Shown here one piece after another: positions 33,299-33,505 of a stretch of DNA of 33,505 nt. The DNA lies in the IMG/VR virus record IMGVR_UViG_3300025888_000022, positions 1 to 33,505 of that record; one strand, given 5' to 3'. Position numbers and translations under genes: made by a program. Origin of the DNA: a virus. Taxonomy: Duplodnaviria; Caudoviricetes. The notes below the pieces were generated by a model. The model was not told where the DNA came from. It ran no database searches and saw only the letters and a program-made list of their open reading frames with translations. The stretch's first letter is position 1. Every line of letters begins with the position of its first letter.

Positions 33299-33505
33299 AT
33301 GCGAACTGGCCGTCCCCGCTCGGTGGGGTACACCGTCACGGATTGCGGATACGCGACACCGTGTTGGTTGTGGGACGGCCATACGAATCTCGGATACGGG
33401 ACAATGGGCGTAGGACGACAAAACAGGAAAGCCCATCGTGTCTACTGGGAGCGCGAGAACGGTCCTGTGCCTGCGGGTCTCGAACTCGACCATCTCTGTC
33501 GTCAG
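33299..33505 (+). CDS. HNH endonuclease (GYxTPCW family), truncated by the window edge
   Basis: Manual translation MRTGRPRS..DCGYATPCWLW..AHRVYWERENGPVPAGLELDHLCRQ. Confidence 0.85.
   Translation, partial: MRTGRPRSVGYTVTDCGYATPCWLWDGHTNLGYGTMGVGRQNRKAHRVYWERENGPVPAGLELDHLCRQ

Overview
GC-rich fragment of a tailed dsDNA phage or prophage, probably with an actinobacterial or other high-GC Gram-positive host (inference). The left arm is on the minus strand: an endonuclease VII gene, an Ala/Thr-rich virion-like protein, a diversity-generating retroelement (DGR), a holin and a three-gene glycosylation operon (GT-A, PseB/CapD-like dehydratase, GT32-GT2 fusion). The middle carries nucleotide-metabolism genes, a hairpin-dense intergenic region, an AT-rich palindrome/repeat region, a terminase-small-subunit-like gene and a nested inverted-repeat locus (candidate origin). 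The right arm is on the plus strand: many small early genes (ArdA-like, secreted transglycosylase-like), an SNF2-type helicase, a primase/SF3 helicase, a family-B-like DNA polymerase running in frame into an Erf-like annealase, and a YqaJ exonuclease. Seven free-standing HNH/EndoVII genes are scattered through the window. The most striking item is the DGR. Its TR, VR, IMH region, hairpin and TR-RT spacer look intact and the VR shows adenine-specific variation, but the RT is a 136-aa in-frame fusion of its N- and C-termini with no catalytic core, and there is no avd. It is either non-autonomous (driven in trans) or frozen. The module is GATC-rich in an otherwise almost GATC-free phage, which points to recent acquisition. 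All calls come from reading motifs by eye; no database searches were run.
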